From NCBI GenBank assembly GCA_043228905.1, contig JBHGNT010000012.1, forward strand, positions 19,840,001-19,904,000: DNA of 64,000 bases, given 5' to 3'. A program made the position numbers and the translations under genes. The notes below the pieces were generated by a model that did no database searches, was not told the origin of the DNA, and worked only from the letters and a program-made list of their open reading frames with translations. Shown here piece by piece: positions 32,320-46,174 of the stretch (positions within the stretch are counted from its first letter, which is position 1; the number at the start of each line of letters is the position of its first letter). Origin of the DNA: Azolla caroliniana (lineage: Eukaryota > Plantae > Polypodiophyta).

Positions 32320-35300
32320 AATGGCAAGCACTGTTCATATGTAACATTTGCATGTCTTGTAAACTCTAGCCTACAAATGAATGGAAATATATCATCTTTG
32401 GTTTTCTTATGAGTTTGCAATGACAAAGCTCTTAATCTCGGTGTTTTGTTTAGATATGTATGTATCTTTTACATAAAGTATATGGTGAAAAATATCTTTG
32501 GTTAGTACTAAAACTGTGTTAAGTGTTTCCTAACCTAGAGATATCTAAGATAGGAGTGGTCATTCCACACATGTTTCTAGTGTGTGGTACACTCATGAGG
32601 GTGTGGTACACTAGATGAGGGAACAGATTGAACATGTTAATTGCTAGTACTAATACAATGGTTCGTTCAAGTATACATACCATGTTATGCCTATAACTCT
32701 TTTAGAGTTCATATGTATCAAAGTCAGTATAATGCATTAAAATATAGTACTGATATTGTGCTAAGTGTTTACTAACCTAGACATATCCGAGACAAGAGAG
32801 TCATATGTGTCCACAACAAGCGTCAATGTCATATGTGTGCATAACAAGTATCATTCTTACTAAGATGAGACCTCAAATAGTATCAAATTCACATTCTTAC
32901 AAATATATGTATCAAAGTTAGTACATTGCATATCGAGTTGGTACTAAATTAGTCACTGAGATGAGTACTCAAATAGTATCAACTCAGAATTTAGGATAAG
33001 TAAACCAAAACAGTGTCAAGAAGCCGTTAATAAAAAACTAGCTCATATGGTAATCAATTACAAACAACGATCTAAATACAAAAAACTTTGTTTTTAGTTT
33101 TTTCTAGATCTTGGAATGGGCCTATTTTTTGTTACACTTTTCTCAGATTTCACACCCTTCTTCTTCTTCATATCTATAAAAAGATGAAGACCAAACGTAA
33201 TGTTAATTTGTTAGTAATTTCATTATTGATATGCATTTGGATTGTTCCATATATCAAGTTCAAGATTGTTTTTTTGGAAATTACATTGTTTTTTATCACT
33301 TTATATTCTTCATGTCTCAATAAACTATAAAAATAAACTTATATATGGCTTATATATGTTATACCTCTAGTGTTTTTGGGTAATGTTTCCTAATTGTGTG
33401 TGCATTACTTTGTACTTTACACATTGTGTTTTCAATTTATGTGGTACTTAATGAAGCATTTCTAGGAATTTGCATATGATGTTTAATGTTCATGCATAAT
33501 TTTGCAAGTCATCAATTGTTAGGAGGAAGGTTCTCAAGATTCGATGGTCCAAGCTAAGGAATAATGTTCACCTCGCCTTTTATTATCATGACTTTCCACT
33601 TCCTCATATAAATCCTCCTCTTTGAGCGTCTCCTTTCTTTTGCCTCTTACACACCTCTCCATAGTAAGGAGAACAATTGATATCTTCTCTAACCACCCTC
33701 CAAAGAAGTTTAATAGAAGGAGAAGAAGATCAAGAGAAGTGAACCACTCTCAGGAGGTACCATTAGTCATTGATGCCCTTCTGCTAGCAATTCATGGCTA
33801 GTCCTCAATGTAATTAGAGTTAATAGTGATATTCTCATAAAAAGAAGAGGCCTTCTTTGTGGAAGTTCATGAGGCAAAGGAGGTGGGGAATCTAAATTGT
33901 CATGAAGTCATGATTCGACTAACTAGCATGCTTGTGCCCCTTTTTTGGATGGTCTTAAACACTCTTTGAATTGACACGAGTATGGGAGAACTCCAAAGAG
34001 AAGAGACAATAAAATTCTCTTGGATTAGAATGAATTCACTAAAGTTGCAAATACAAGATAAATACAACTAGAAAAGTGGTTACTTGTTGCTGCCTTAGTT
34101 TCAAGTGGCTTCTAGATTTAAAGAAAAATCCTAAGAGAGAAAGATTGAAAATTAAAGAAAGGAATGGAAGGGATTAAATTAGTGGGTTGGGATGGTGAGT
34201 GTATGATCAACAATGTCTTGGTCATCATAGGTCTCTCATTCCGTGTCAATGAAGCACTTCCCATTTGAATTTATTTTTTGGGTGGTAGAGCCTCACTCAT
34301 TTATCTACTCCTTCATCTAGTTTTTAAATTATCTTGATTCTCGAGTTATTGTGAAACCCCAAGTTTGTTACATTTTCTTCCTTCAAACAACATGCCACTT
34401 CAATGCACTAAACTTGATCATTTGGAAATTGTGGGGATTTAAGGAACAAATTCAACTAGCCCTTGTTGTCCTCATGCCACAATGGCCATCCACAAACACA
34501 TCACTTGACACAAAGCCACAATCTTTGGTTTGATACTCAATATGAGTGTCAAGATTATTACCTCCAAAGTATTTGGTTGCTAACCGAGCAAGAGTGGTTG
34601 TCATTAACTGTTGAGCCTCGAGTTCACAACCCTAACCTCATGAACTCTCACTCACACTTCCTTGTGTTAACCCTTGATTAAGTGACTAACTAAGTCCTAA
34701 GAAGAACTTTGAAAGTAAATATACACACATATAAATGAAGGCAAACAATATATATATTAATGTCAATCACGTCTCGATTAACATGAGAGTTTAAAACATA
34801 CATACAAAAAAGAGGAGAGAGTAAGGTATAGCTAATTAGTCTTTAACCTTAATCCCTCTACCCAATTAAGTGAAAGATTAAGGAAAGAGGAGGAGAGAGC
34901 TCAAGCTTAGGTTATAACAAGAGAGAAAAACTTAGCAGAGAAGAAGAGCTACAAAAGTCATCACAAGTATCTTTTATAGCTTTATAAGGGAGTTTCGCCT
35001 CTTTCGCATTAAGGTGGCCATTTGACTTATAAAGATTTAAGAGGAATTTTCCTAGTGTTTGATTGAGCTTGATGCCTATGACAATGCAGAGGTCTTCATG
35101 ACTCGTGCTATGTACAGTGGGTACTTAACACTTAGGCTATTTTGCATTGCATCTCCTTTTTAGATATCATTCTACCTCATCTATCCTAGTTATAATCAAG
35201 GCCCTTTCAATGTTATTTTTTTCTATGGTCATGCTTGTTTTTTGTAAGTGTGATATCTGACCTATTCTAGTCTTGTAGTCAACTTCAACAGTGCTAAATA

Positions 35301-36399
35301 TCTTGCTCTAAGAACGAAAGGTCTCAACATAACTCATATTGTTATTTCTTTAACATGGCTTGCCCCTAGTTGGTGCTTCCTTGAGTAAAAAAGTTTATTT
35401 CTAGGTTTCTATATTACAAAATTCCAATAGAAGTTTCATCTTGCCCTTGGGCATGACAGTATTTGTATCTAGCCCTAACCCAATTTGAGTTGAATATGGT
35501 GTTAGGTTCCCCATTTTTCTTTCTTGGAAATTAGCCATTATCAAAGTGCCCTAGACTCGTCTATCAAACAATTGTTTGACCTAAAGGGATCAATCCATGA
35601 GACTTACACATAAGTGATGTCATCACTAGGTAGTGTAGGGTTAAAGTCTCTCCATGGGAAATTTGTGTTGGTAGACTTTTTGTGGCTAATCAAATAGAAA
35701 GTTGGTATCTTCACAAATACTTATTGTTGATAATCAAAAGTGTTCTCATAAGGAGAGTTGATCAAGAGTCCATGAGGTGCCCATTTACTTTATAACTAGG
35801 AATGTTTGGTACTTTGTAACTACAAAAGGAACTTCCAATTGTTACTTTTTAGGAATGGAACTTTGTAGATAAGGCCCTAATTAATGTCTCATAAGTAGAT
35901 AGGGACCTCTTTATCCTTATCTTTTAAATATAATATTTCACTCTTAGCTCTTCATTAACAAATGCTTGTCCCTAAGCTTTGAAAGTAAGATCTCGTTGAT
36001 AACTTCTATTAGAGGAATTTCGTTGGGAAGTTCATGATTGCTTTATCAATTGACTTTTTGTCAACAAGTTCTATGAATAGGTAAAAGAAACTTAGAATGC
36101 AAGGTTCTAGTGGTGAATCATATGTACCATAGCACTCTTTGTGACAATTCACATTCCCTTGAAATCACCTAGCTAAATCTACTCTTAATCAAGGTTATTA
36201 TTGAAACAAAGCACTAATTATGCCATCATCAAAATCAAACTTTAGTCTACATGCAAAAATGAAAACTAGCTAAAAATTAATTTGTGATGAGAAATTAATG
36301 TTTATTTCACTAAGTTATGTGTACCTTGGGAGTTTATAAAAAGCTCTCCAAATGATTGATAATGAATGTGGGGTCAATGTATTGCTAATAGTTTTCTTC

Positions 36400-39300
36400 T
36401 CATTAGATCATCATGGAATCGGGTAAGCAAGCACCCTAATGCTAGCGAGGTGGACAACATTTGATGTCAATCATCCATGAGAATTTACCTCTTTAACAAA
36501 CATTCTCTCGACCTCACTAACATTTAATCTTGAAAAAGAGGATTACTTTTCAAAAAACACTCTTTTTTCCATGAAAGGATACTACATTAGTATTAAGAAA
36601 CATCTTAAGGTTAAACATGAAATATGTACATATAAGTAATTACCCGTGTGTTAAGTTCTAACTATCAGCTTAAATAAATACTTTGGTTTAGAGTCAAACT
36701 ACTCCACCTTGTCAAGAATATGCTTATAAAATATTACTTTGGCCCATATGGCATGAAACTCCCATCCTTGTAACTCTACCAGTTGCATGTTACCTTTTAT
36801 GTTATCTAGAGAACCTCTGAGATTATGCACAACCTTTGTCCAAATCCCAATAATTAATTGAACAAGTTTTTGTCACATTTTGGAATGCCTCAAACACCTA
36901 GTCTTCCAAATATACCATCTTGTATTACTACTTACTAATTGTTTTCTGCATCAGACCATATTTCATAAAAAGAGCATCTTCAACATCCTCTTTTTCATAT
37001 AACATTGGTTGAACTTGTACAACCACCCATAATATCACCCCCTATGTGTACACCACTCGTGGATATATTAGTATTAATAGTGTTAAAAGATTATTTTCCA
37101 TGATTCCATCACAAAATCACAACTCCACAAACAATGTTTAGTGAACTCCATTAGATACATACACAAAGGACACATATCATCTACATCACTCCTTTTCTCC
37201 ACCCATTAATGTTTGAGTTGTTGTGGAGAAAGTCCATTATATCTCCAAAAAACATTTGGGGTTGTTCCCTTCCATGCTTAGCCAATAATAGTAGTTTCTT
37301 TCCCATCTTCACAAAATATTGAAAAAAGGCACCTATTTTATTTTATCTTGAAATGACACTTTCCAATAAACTTCTCCAAGATCCCAAGTTAACCTAGATA
37401 ATGGTCTCCTTTCTATAATCCAAAACCTCCATAAAAGATTCACCTTTCATGGGGTTGGATCTAAGAACCAGCTTGATCTATCATTTGCCACCACCATCAC
37501 TTATTTTTGCAAACAAACACGAAACAAATCAGTTTCTGTATGTATACAATTTAACCTACCATCATCATGTACATCAAAAGTCAAAAAACTTCTTCCTCAA
37601 TTTACGCACTTTACTCCAATCAAAACATTCAATGGAGTGAAGCTTATCCACTTGTGTAGAAGGTTCAAATTGCTTATGTGCATTAGAAAAGATGGCTTTG
37701 TGTCGCAAAAAACATTGTCTTTCCACCCCTTATCTTATCAAGCACTACCGCTCTTCGATTTGTTGATCGGGAAATAGATATTGTCCAAGCAGCTATAGAT
37801 TGTGCTAGCCCTCAATCTAATTCTGCCCTTGTGCATCTCGTATGTGAACTAAAAATCAAATTCCAAATCAAGTGTTGTCTATAGAATTCAACTTCTATTT
37901 TTGGAGATCACTTAACTAAATCTAGAGAGACATCCGGGCAAATCTGTCTTCTCATTTTGTAGAAATGAATATCTTGATGTCTTCCACAAAACTCCAACGA
38001 ATATTGGGCTTCCAATCTCCATCCATTGTGGGACAAAACCTTTGAAATTTGTACATCAACATTTGTTCCCATGGTTCTAGTCCTAATAGCAATCCTTTAA
38101 TCATCATATTCACAAGCAAAGCTTTTGAGTAAAGCTTTCGAGTGATGCACATAATGAATAGCATTACTCCAAAATAACAATTTTTTCCTTATTGCTTATA
38201 CACACTTTGAGTCTTAAAAATGCACTTAATTAGTTAAATTAAATAGATACATAGATATTTTTAGCGTCCATAGAAACCCAATATTGGCCCATAGGACAAA
38301 GAATTACACTGATGTCAAGAAGATAATACCAACAAACAACCATTTTATACCTCAATCACAAAGCTTATAAAGAATGAGAGTCATTAAGGAAAAGAGAGAG
38401 AGAGAGAGTGCTCTAGTTAATACAAGAAGGGAATGTAGAAGTAAAAAAGCTTACTGTGTCTCCTTATACAAATAGATTTTACACTTTAGGATTATGACCT
38501 TTTTATTTGCTTTTGCTCCTAAGGTTCTCTTCACCTTATTTTAGTATCTTCCTCACCTATTTAGCCTTTAGGGACAAGTGTCCAACCCATGCTTAACAAA
38601 ATGCACCAAATGTTGCAATATGTTTATGGTCGAATTGTATGAAGCAACTTATTGCTTGCCTTTTTAAAGATAATTGGAACGTCATTGGCACTTTGGACAA
38701 CATCTTCATGAGGTTTCACTTCACGAAGAACTAGGAATCATAGGTTGCACTCAGAAAAAAATATCCTACGTATTATTGCATGTGTCTTAATGTCAAATGA
38801 TATCACAAATATCCCTAGTCGTGGAGCCTTTTTTAAGTCATCATAGCAACAATTGACTCAAATCATCACAATCCTCTAATGCTAGTTGTAGTTGGTTCTC
38901 TTAGTTGTCATCGTCAACATTGAATTTGGTAACCTCCCCAAGCTTTTTACAATGACCCTTAACATTTCCTCCATCTTTGTAGTTAATGTCATTTCGACAT
39001 TAAGTAGCTATTTCATTGTATGAGATCTGACACTATAAACTTTTGACGTGTTCCTTATCATTTTGTTATAGTTTCGTCTAGCTACAAATGGGCCAAGCGC
39101 ACATAATTGTAACATCAATCATCGTGCTTGAACCAAGTAGAGTAAGTTTAAAGTGTGGGCTTTAATAATCAATTTATTTTTCTAGCAAAGGGTAACCGCA
39201 ATAGTTGTTGTACATTGCTATGACAATGGCATGTTAAAAAAATATGGGAGGCCAGAAAAGCAATTCCATATTTGTGATTCGACAAAATGTATTGAAGGAT

Positions 39301-39500
39301 GCAACCGACCATCAGTAAAACGAGTGAAATTATTGATTTTAGGTAGATTGAGGTTAGTAAAGCAAAAGTTTGACGTAGAAAAATGAACCAAATGAATAGC
39401 CCAGAAAGTTGCAATTGTGTCTTGTCAAATATGTTTGATAGAACAATGTGTATCATATTGTAAAGCTTTAAATTGATCTTGATACACCACTGTATCATGA
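36400..39500 (-). mobile_element. Highly degraded LINE-like remnant (boundaries approximate)
   Basis: Fragment YSKALLVNMMIKGLLLGLEPW...W (37952-38164) resembles the post-RT region of plant L1-type ORF2. No continuous ORF. Confidence 0.3.
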
Positions 39501-40012
39501 TCTAGCCAATAAGAAATAAATGTTGCCAAAATGAGAAGAAGAAAAATTTATAAATTAATGCATTGACTACTACTAAAGGAAGCCTAGAGTTCCCAAAGTG
39601 AAGATGAAACGCATCCATGCCCAATCAACTATATCAATGATCATACCAACCATTGGATTAGAGGGGGGTTATAGGCACATCTTGATTGTATTGGTTATTG
39701 TGGCAATAGCCTAGAAAGATATTGTTATGGATGAGGCATCATGATGGGGTGGTATGGTAGTCAACTGGATTTGTCACGTGTCTCTATGTGGCTCTATGTG
39801 GCCTAGCTACTTCATGAAATATGTACCTTGATGCATAGTGAACCATGGCATGCAAATTCATGGGTAGTGGCCACGTAATAATAATAATAAGAGAAAATGG
39901 TAAAAGAATTGTGAACACTAGTTCTTGAAATACACTACATTTACTGCCACAATCATATCCCTTTTCTCTAGGCTTGCAAAATTGGAGACGCTAGGTACAA
40001 AATGTAGGGAAC

Positions 40013-40139
40013 GTTGGCTTTGTCAAGAAGGAAAATAGTGTATTGGATACAAGTAGTGTTTGCAAAAAAAACATGTAGGAATTGTTGGCTTTGTCAAGAA
40101 GGAAAATAATGTATTGGATACAAGTAGTGTTTGCAAAAA
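40013..40139. repeat. Tandem duplication of about 56 bp (71-bp period)
   Basis: gttggctttgtcaagaaggaaaata(g/a)tgtattggatacaagtagtgtttgcaaaaa at 40013 and 40084. Confidence 0.8.
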
Positions 40140-40846
40140 CATGCCCTCTACCGATGAAAACATTATTCAAAGTTTCCAGTGATGGGAAAAGATGTTTAAT
40201 TACACGATATGAAACAATAAAAGCAAGTGCCATTAAATGTTTACATGTGATATTTCAACCAATGGGAAAGGTGTTGGCATTGCTTAGATAAGGTAGGGTA
40301 AGGTATTGCCTAACCCCAATCCAAGTGTTTGAGAGATAACAATTCAGGTGTTTGAGATAGCAATGCACTCATTCACCAAATAAGGTTGATCAAAATTTCA
40401 AGAAACTTGATGGCATGTCACAAAAACCCATTCGACGGTTTACACTTTGCTCGAGTTAGGATTGAAATTTTGAACCAAGACCTCTTCAGGGTGAGAATTG
40501 TTTTCTTTACTAGTGATACAAGTTTCTCTACGAAAACTTACACGCATCCCTCTGGGACGAAATGAATTTGATCGGAACTCTCCAGAGCCAAGTTGAGGGA
40601 GACCTTTTTCAGTTTCCCGAGATGTTGGATTGTGTGGCATTATGTCATTGGTGTTTCATTTCCATGGCCAACAAGAACACCCAAACAACAAAAGAAAACA
40701 ATAATAACATGTGTTAAGAATCATTGATGAGTAGTGTCATATTAGTGGGTTAAGGAGGTTAAAGATTGTACAAAGAAAAATTTGGTGCCAAGAACAACCA
40801 ACAAAGAAGAACAAATTTTGTTTGGTAATGGCGAAGAGGATCCGAT

Positions 40847-41845
40847 TCATTGGTAAGCACATTGATTCAAATTGAATCTTTGAGATAAGTGTGGATTCCT
40901 CGCGGCGGCCGGTACATCGATCGGATCCAAACCAGAATCCGGATCGGTCGCCACCTCATTCAGGTTTAGGCATTTGTCGGGCCAAGTGGCAACGCCCGCG
41001 ATGCCAAGTGTCCTATGATTGGTAGATGTGTCCACCACACATGGGTGTGAACATGATCCATCCGTCCGGACATCACCCCGGTGGTCGTCCCCCAGGTGTG
41101 AAACCGTCGAAGAAGAAGAAGAAGAAGAAGCTACGAGGACAAGTGGCGAATCACCATTTGGCAGGGCATTGAGATTCAGGTGGATTCCTCCGGGAGGAGG
41201 AGACCGAGGCCGTGGCGAGATGCTTGGAGAAGCACTCGAGTTCGAGATCGATAAAGAAATATCCGAAGAAGAAGAAGAAGAAGATGATGATGATGATGAT
41301 GATGATGATGTAGTAGTTGTAGTAGATATTGAGGATTGGGGCGGGGGGGCGATGGGCGGCGGACAAAAGAAGAAGTGGCCTTTATCGGCCGCGAGGCCAG
41401 CGGCCACCGCGGCCTTTTGCACTTCTTGGGGGGAGACGTCAGGAGGGGGGTCGTGGCTCGGGATGGAAGCTGGGAAATTGAGGGCCGCGAGGGGCCCCCG
41501 GAGATAGTATAGCGCCATGTCGTATGCGATCGCCGCGGCCTCGGGTGTCGAATACGAGCCGAGCCATATGCGCGATCTCTTCTTCGGTTGCCGGATCTCC
41601 GAGACCCACTTGCCCCAGCTCCGCATGCGCACGCCCCGGAATGCCTTGGGATGCGAGCCTCGTTTCGCCCCCGATCCCGACGAAGCTTCTCTCGGTGCCC
41701 GGATTTTGCTGCCCACGATGCCGTTATGGCCAGGGGCGGTCTCCACGCATCGGTGGCCCGTGCCCATCTCGACTTCAGGCGCGGAAGGCGCCAAGATCGG
41801 CCTTTGCTTTGGGGGTGCTTGGAAGCTCAATTGGGGCTTCTCCAT
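40847..41845 (-). CDS. AP2/ERF transcription factor, DREB-type, with EAR-like repression motifs
   Basis: Intronless, GC-rich 332-aa ORF. AP2 domain [57 protein letters not shown] (V14), a poly-T/S tract and three (L/F)NLN motifs. Confidence 0.95.
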   Translation of the reverse strand: MEKPQLSFQAPPKQRPILAPSAPEVEMGTGHRCVETAPGHNGIVGSKIRAPREASSGSGAKRGSHPKAFRGVRMRSWGKWVSEIRQPKKRSRIWLGSYSTPEAAAIAYDMALYYLRGPLAALNFPASIPSHDPPPDVSPQEVQKAAVAAGLAADKGHFFFCPPPIAPPPQSSISTTTTTSSSSSSSSSSSSSSSDISLSISNSSASPSISPRPRSPPPGGIHLNLNALPNGDSPLVLVASSSSSSSTVSHLGDDHRGDVRTDGSCSHPCVVDTSTNHRTLGIAGVATWPDKCLNLNEVATDPDSGLDPIDVPAAARNPHLSQRFNLNQCAYQ

Positions 41846-44478
41846 GTCTTTTGTGTTGGTTTTGGGTGTTTGGGGGGTTGGGGGTCTTTGTGTTGGATGT
41901 GTAGCTTGGATGGAGTATCTAAATTTGGGGCAGTGTTGTTTTAAAGAAAGTTTGAGGAGTGAGGGTGCTTATGGTGCCTCCGTCCATGTGGCCTTTGTTT
42001 TGTGTTGATCATATACATATGTGATCCCTATCTAAATGGAGAGAGAATAAAAGCTTGTCAAGGAATTTTATGGACACCAAAAAAGATGGAGACACAAAGA
42101 GAGAGAGAGGAGAGTGTGTGTGTGTATTAAACGACCGTGGGAGACCGATATGATCTACGAGGCCGAGAGAGTACAAATAGAGAAAGGGGGGAGGAGGAGT
42201 TATGAGGAGAGTGAGTGAGTGTATAGAGTTTGGAGTCCCAAAAGGTAATTGTTCACACGAGTTAACTTTGATATGTTTTATTGGCATCCATGGGAGACTT
42301 GTATGATCTATGAGAGCTAGGTTCCTTTTGAATTAGGCCTCGTGGCAATTCAGAAGGAGTTTTGGTACATATGAAAAGACCGGTTTTTTTCCTTGAAGAG
42401 CGAGACAGAGACGGATATGGATACGGAGAGGCCAAGTTGTAGACGGAGAGAGAGAGAATGATAGAATGCTTTTAGACTCTATGATGGAGTCCTCACACAA
42501 CTCAACAACATCTATAGCTTCTTTTTAACCGCCCAACCTTTTTTATTATTATAGCCTTCCACTTGGTCACTTATCCGGAACCATGAACTCTCTCTTCTCT
42601 TTTAATTTGTCCTTGTTTGTTGCTTTTCCTCTCCTTTCCTTTTCTCCGCTTTTTCCATGGCATCCATTAGGGGAGAAACCCGTGCAAGCTTTTTGTTTTT
42701 AGCTCATCCGAGTTCTTTTATAATTTGCATCTTTTAAGTGGCATCTTATCAATAAATCTAGGATTGGGCCCCCGAAAGGCCATCATTTGTTTCTATGAAA
42801 AGCCTAAGTATTCAGACATTTGTTCTCTTACATGACCCATTGCTCATGGATGTAATAACCAATACAACGCACATGGGCCCCGAGTTCCTCTAATGGCATC
42901 TTATAAATGAATCTAGGATTGGCCCCTTAAAAAAGTTGATGATTTTTGCTTTGTTTTTAGTAAAAGACCTAGCAAATGCAAGCAAGTTTGATTCCCCCCA
43001 CATGGTGCAGCCCCAATGTTGGTGATGCTTGAGGATGTCATATGTTATAAGAATGCACATGCGGCCCCCAAAGTCATTCGATGTAATAAATATATCGTTA
43101 GGTCACTCTTGCTCATGATGGGAGCAACTTGTTATGATGACGTTTCCAATGCATATTCAATGCCTTTAGCAAGTGTAAGTCCTTTCATACTCTGCTCGTA
43201 AGACTTAACACATCAGATCTCATCACAAGATAAAAGGTCATGATCCACTTGCCATGGATTATTGAGTAGTGCACATGTTAAATTTTGGCTTTGTAATCTT
43301 ATGCGATGTTCTCAAGCATCCTCGACGAATGTTACAATATAATATTATGTCGCCTTTTTACATACATATGCCTCCCATCTCTTTATTTGTGAAGAGATCC
43401 AATTTTGGTTTAAGAGTAATCCAAGAATGGTTATATCACCACACATGTAGCTTGAAGAAACCAAAAAAGTTACCGAGATTAAAATAGCTCCAACCTTGCA
43501 AAACGATCAAAAATCACCCACTATGAATAATATAGCACAAATCACTAAGCATTGAGCTCACTTTAAAAACGCAATCACGATATAATTTGTTTACCATCCA
43601 TGCGTGTACATGTTGAAGTCTTCCTAGTTTCAATTGTGGGGTGAAAATGGCAAAATTTGAAGTAGAACCGAGATTAAAATCACTATTCACACATGCACAC
43701 TTTCCCAATGTGTACTATCATGATTCATATCTACATTAGTCTTATCCATTCTAGTTGTTCTTTGTCTTTCACTAGTGTGTATATGGCACCATTGAGGTAG
43801 CCACGGAATTGGGTCACCAACCATTGGTCTGAGTCATTATATGTCTTTCTATTTATGTATATTCTATTTAATAGCGAGGCATTTGTACATACATTCATAC
43901 TCTTAGGGGTCAAGGGAATTTAAACCTCCTCATTGATTAAGGCAGACATTCTACCCAATAATTAAAAAGCCGAAATGAACTAGAGCGTGTCGTTGCGGAG
44001 CTTTAAAAGCTCTCGTAATGAAATCACAATAACTCACCGCGAGCAACACTATTCTTCTTCGGGGGGTTTAAATACACATACAGAAGGAGCACTTGGCGAG
44101 CCAAATGTGGGGTGGGGCCCCAACGGCTTTCGGGAATTCGAAATCTCGATGAGGCAATGAGAGCAATGGAGGGTTTCAAGAGGGAGAATATTAAAAGGTG
44201 AGACGGGTTCTTCAAAAAGCATGTGCATGTAATGTTTACTCTTTACTTGGTCCACAAGAGGGCAATGACAGATCATCATCAATGATCATCTCTCTCTCTC
44301 TTTACACATCCCATTATTATAACCAATTGTCTCACGGGCCAAATTTGGTCTTAGAAGACATTAATATATATAGTTTCTTTCTTTCCAGCTTGCTCTCCTT
44401 CACTTATCCTGCCCATGAGGACGAGCCCACCCCCCCCCCCCCCCCCCCCCCCGGGCACCATTAGATCGTGTCCGGATT

Positions 44479-45105
44479 CACGTGGCCAGCATTTCACTAT
44501 AGTAGTATTTTATCGATCAATTGGTCCGATTTGTTTGCACACACATTCAAGGGTGCGTATCGCGTGTAACATTCATTCACACACACACACACACATATGA
44601 GAGTGTCTCTACTAGAGAACTTGCTTTTTGGCTAATGAAACAAGAAACCCAAAAGAAAGAAAAATAAAAAATAAAATAAAATAAAATAAAGAAAAAGTGG
44701 GGGAGGGGGAGGGGAAAAAACAAAGAAGTGTGACGACAATGCTGACATCACTCTCTGACTGATAATACAGAAATAATAATAATAATAAATAATCAATTTC
44801 AATATTTTCTTTTTCTTTTCTCAAAAACAAAAACACAAAAAGCAATAAATGGTAATAAAATTGCCGGTGCTGACGTGGCGGGCGACCGCGCCGCCGCCAG
44901 CATTTAATCGAGGCTGACGTGGCCACGGCACGTGCCCCCATTCAAAAAGAAAATAATAATAACAAATAAATTTAGTTTCGTATTTATTTTCGTTTCCTTT
45001 TTTCTTATCGTTCTTCCTCTCTGTCTCTCTCATTTTTTTTTTGTTTTATTTTTCCGCCTTCTTATTTTTTATTGGACGGTTTTGGGTGCGACTCGAACCA
45101 CCGAC
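44479..45105. promoter_or_regulatory. Putative distal cis-regulatory cluster (ABRE/G-box, GCC box, DRE core) upstream of the AP2/ERF gene
   Basis: cacgtggc at 44479, tgacgtggc at 44871 and 44915, gccgcc at 44890, cacgtg at 44929 and accgac at 45100. The core is a GC island in AT-rich DNA. Confidence 0.5.
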
Positions 45106-46058
45106 CTTTCTCTCTCTCCTCTTCGTTCATAACAATGTTTTTTTTTTTCACTTTTTTTTTTGTTTTTTTTTTTGCTTTAAATTTTAATAAGACCATATAT
45201 TCCCATGGTTTTGTTTCGGGGATCAGACTCATGTGTCATTTTTACATGACCCACAAAAGTGTTCATGTTTTCCGACAATTGCTCTTATATAACACTCGGA
45301 CAATTCATATTGACCGACACATTAGCCGTCCTTTGATCTTATATGGCTCCCGTGTCCTAATATAACCTTTGTAAAAAGCATTGATGTCAGAAGTTTTATG
45401 TTTGACTCTTAAGCACCCACGAAGGGTACCCTCCTCCATAAGCACACAAATCCACCCATATCTTGGATTCTACTAGCTCCCAGACCACATCTTCGTTTAA
45501 AGATTATCAATTATTAGGCCACCAAATCACAAATGATTAATCTTATAAACTTTTGTGGCCCTCCACACCATATAACATTACATGTGATTGACATTTTTTT
45601 TTAATGAGCAAGCCATCGATATTCCCCGATTTCCTCAACCTCACTTCGTCACTTGCGTCTTTGTTATTAAAAGTATTATTCTTCATCCTTGGTGGCTGGT
45701 TCTAGAAAGTTGTGTGCAAGTTTTTCGATGCACATTTCGAACCCCATTCCTATGATTCTAAATCTCTATATTAACTTCCACTAATAAAGTGAGATATGAA
45801 ACTCATTAAACAAGATAAGAAAAATGGCAATATGTCTGTCAAGAATGTCATGCTTAGAATTTTGAATGTATCACAAAGTTGAGAAAATCTTACTACTATG
45901 AGGATGTGAATGTGCATGACATGAACTAAGATTAACGTAGGATAATGTCTTTGACCGACAATTCATTGGTTAATTAGCAAAAGTTGAGAAATTCAATCTA
46001 ATTTATAGATCATTAAGGATAGTCAATGGCAAATGGAGACCAATGGTAGATGGAGATC

Positions 46059-46174
46059 ACAATCGGCAACGGTTCGATTCGGTTTTTGACAGTTGAAACC
46101 AAACCAAACCGTTTAAACCGTTAAGCCACGGTTTCACGGTTCAGTTTGGTTCAAACCGAACCGTTGCCGATTGT
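46059..46174. mobile_element. 116-bp MITE with 18-bp perfect TIRs and a 12-bp flanking direct repeat
   Basis: TIRs acaatcggcaacggttcg / cgaaccgttgccgattgt. tagatggagatc at 46047-46058 and 46175-46186. Internal aaaccg/cggttt repeats. Confidence 0.85.

Larger units (their letters stand above)
1..33144 (+). mobile_element. Outer Sola2-type DNA transposon (left end outside the window, right end tentative)
   Basis: DFAENY/SDG/HGKGEHDG transposase at 28829-32319 with divergent cargo exons. Candidate right terminus ...gttacacttttctc at 33144 (reverse complement starts GAG, like Sola2 GRG termini). The matching left TIR is not visible. Confidence 0.45.

Noticed and set aside
41019-42008. Plus-strand ORFs overlapping the AP2/ERF gene
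   Set aside because: Antisense shadows of a GC-rich CDS and microsatellites.
44415-44600. Poly-proline ORFs
   Set aside because: They arise from a poly-C homopolymer and a CA microsatellite.
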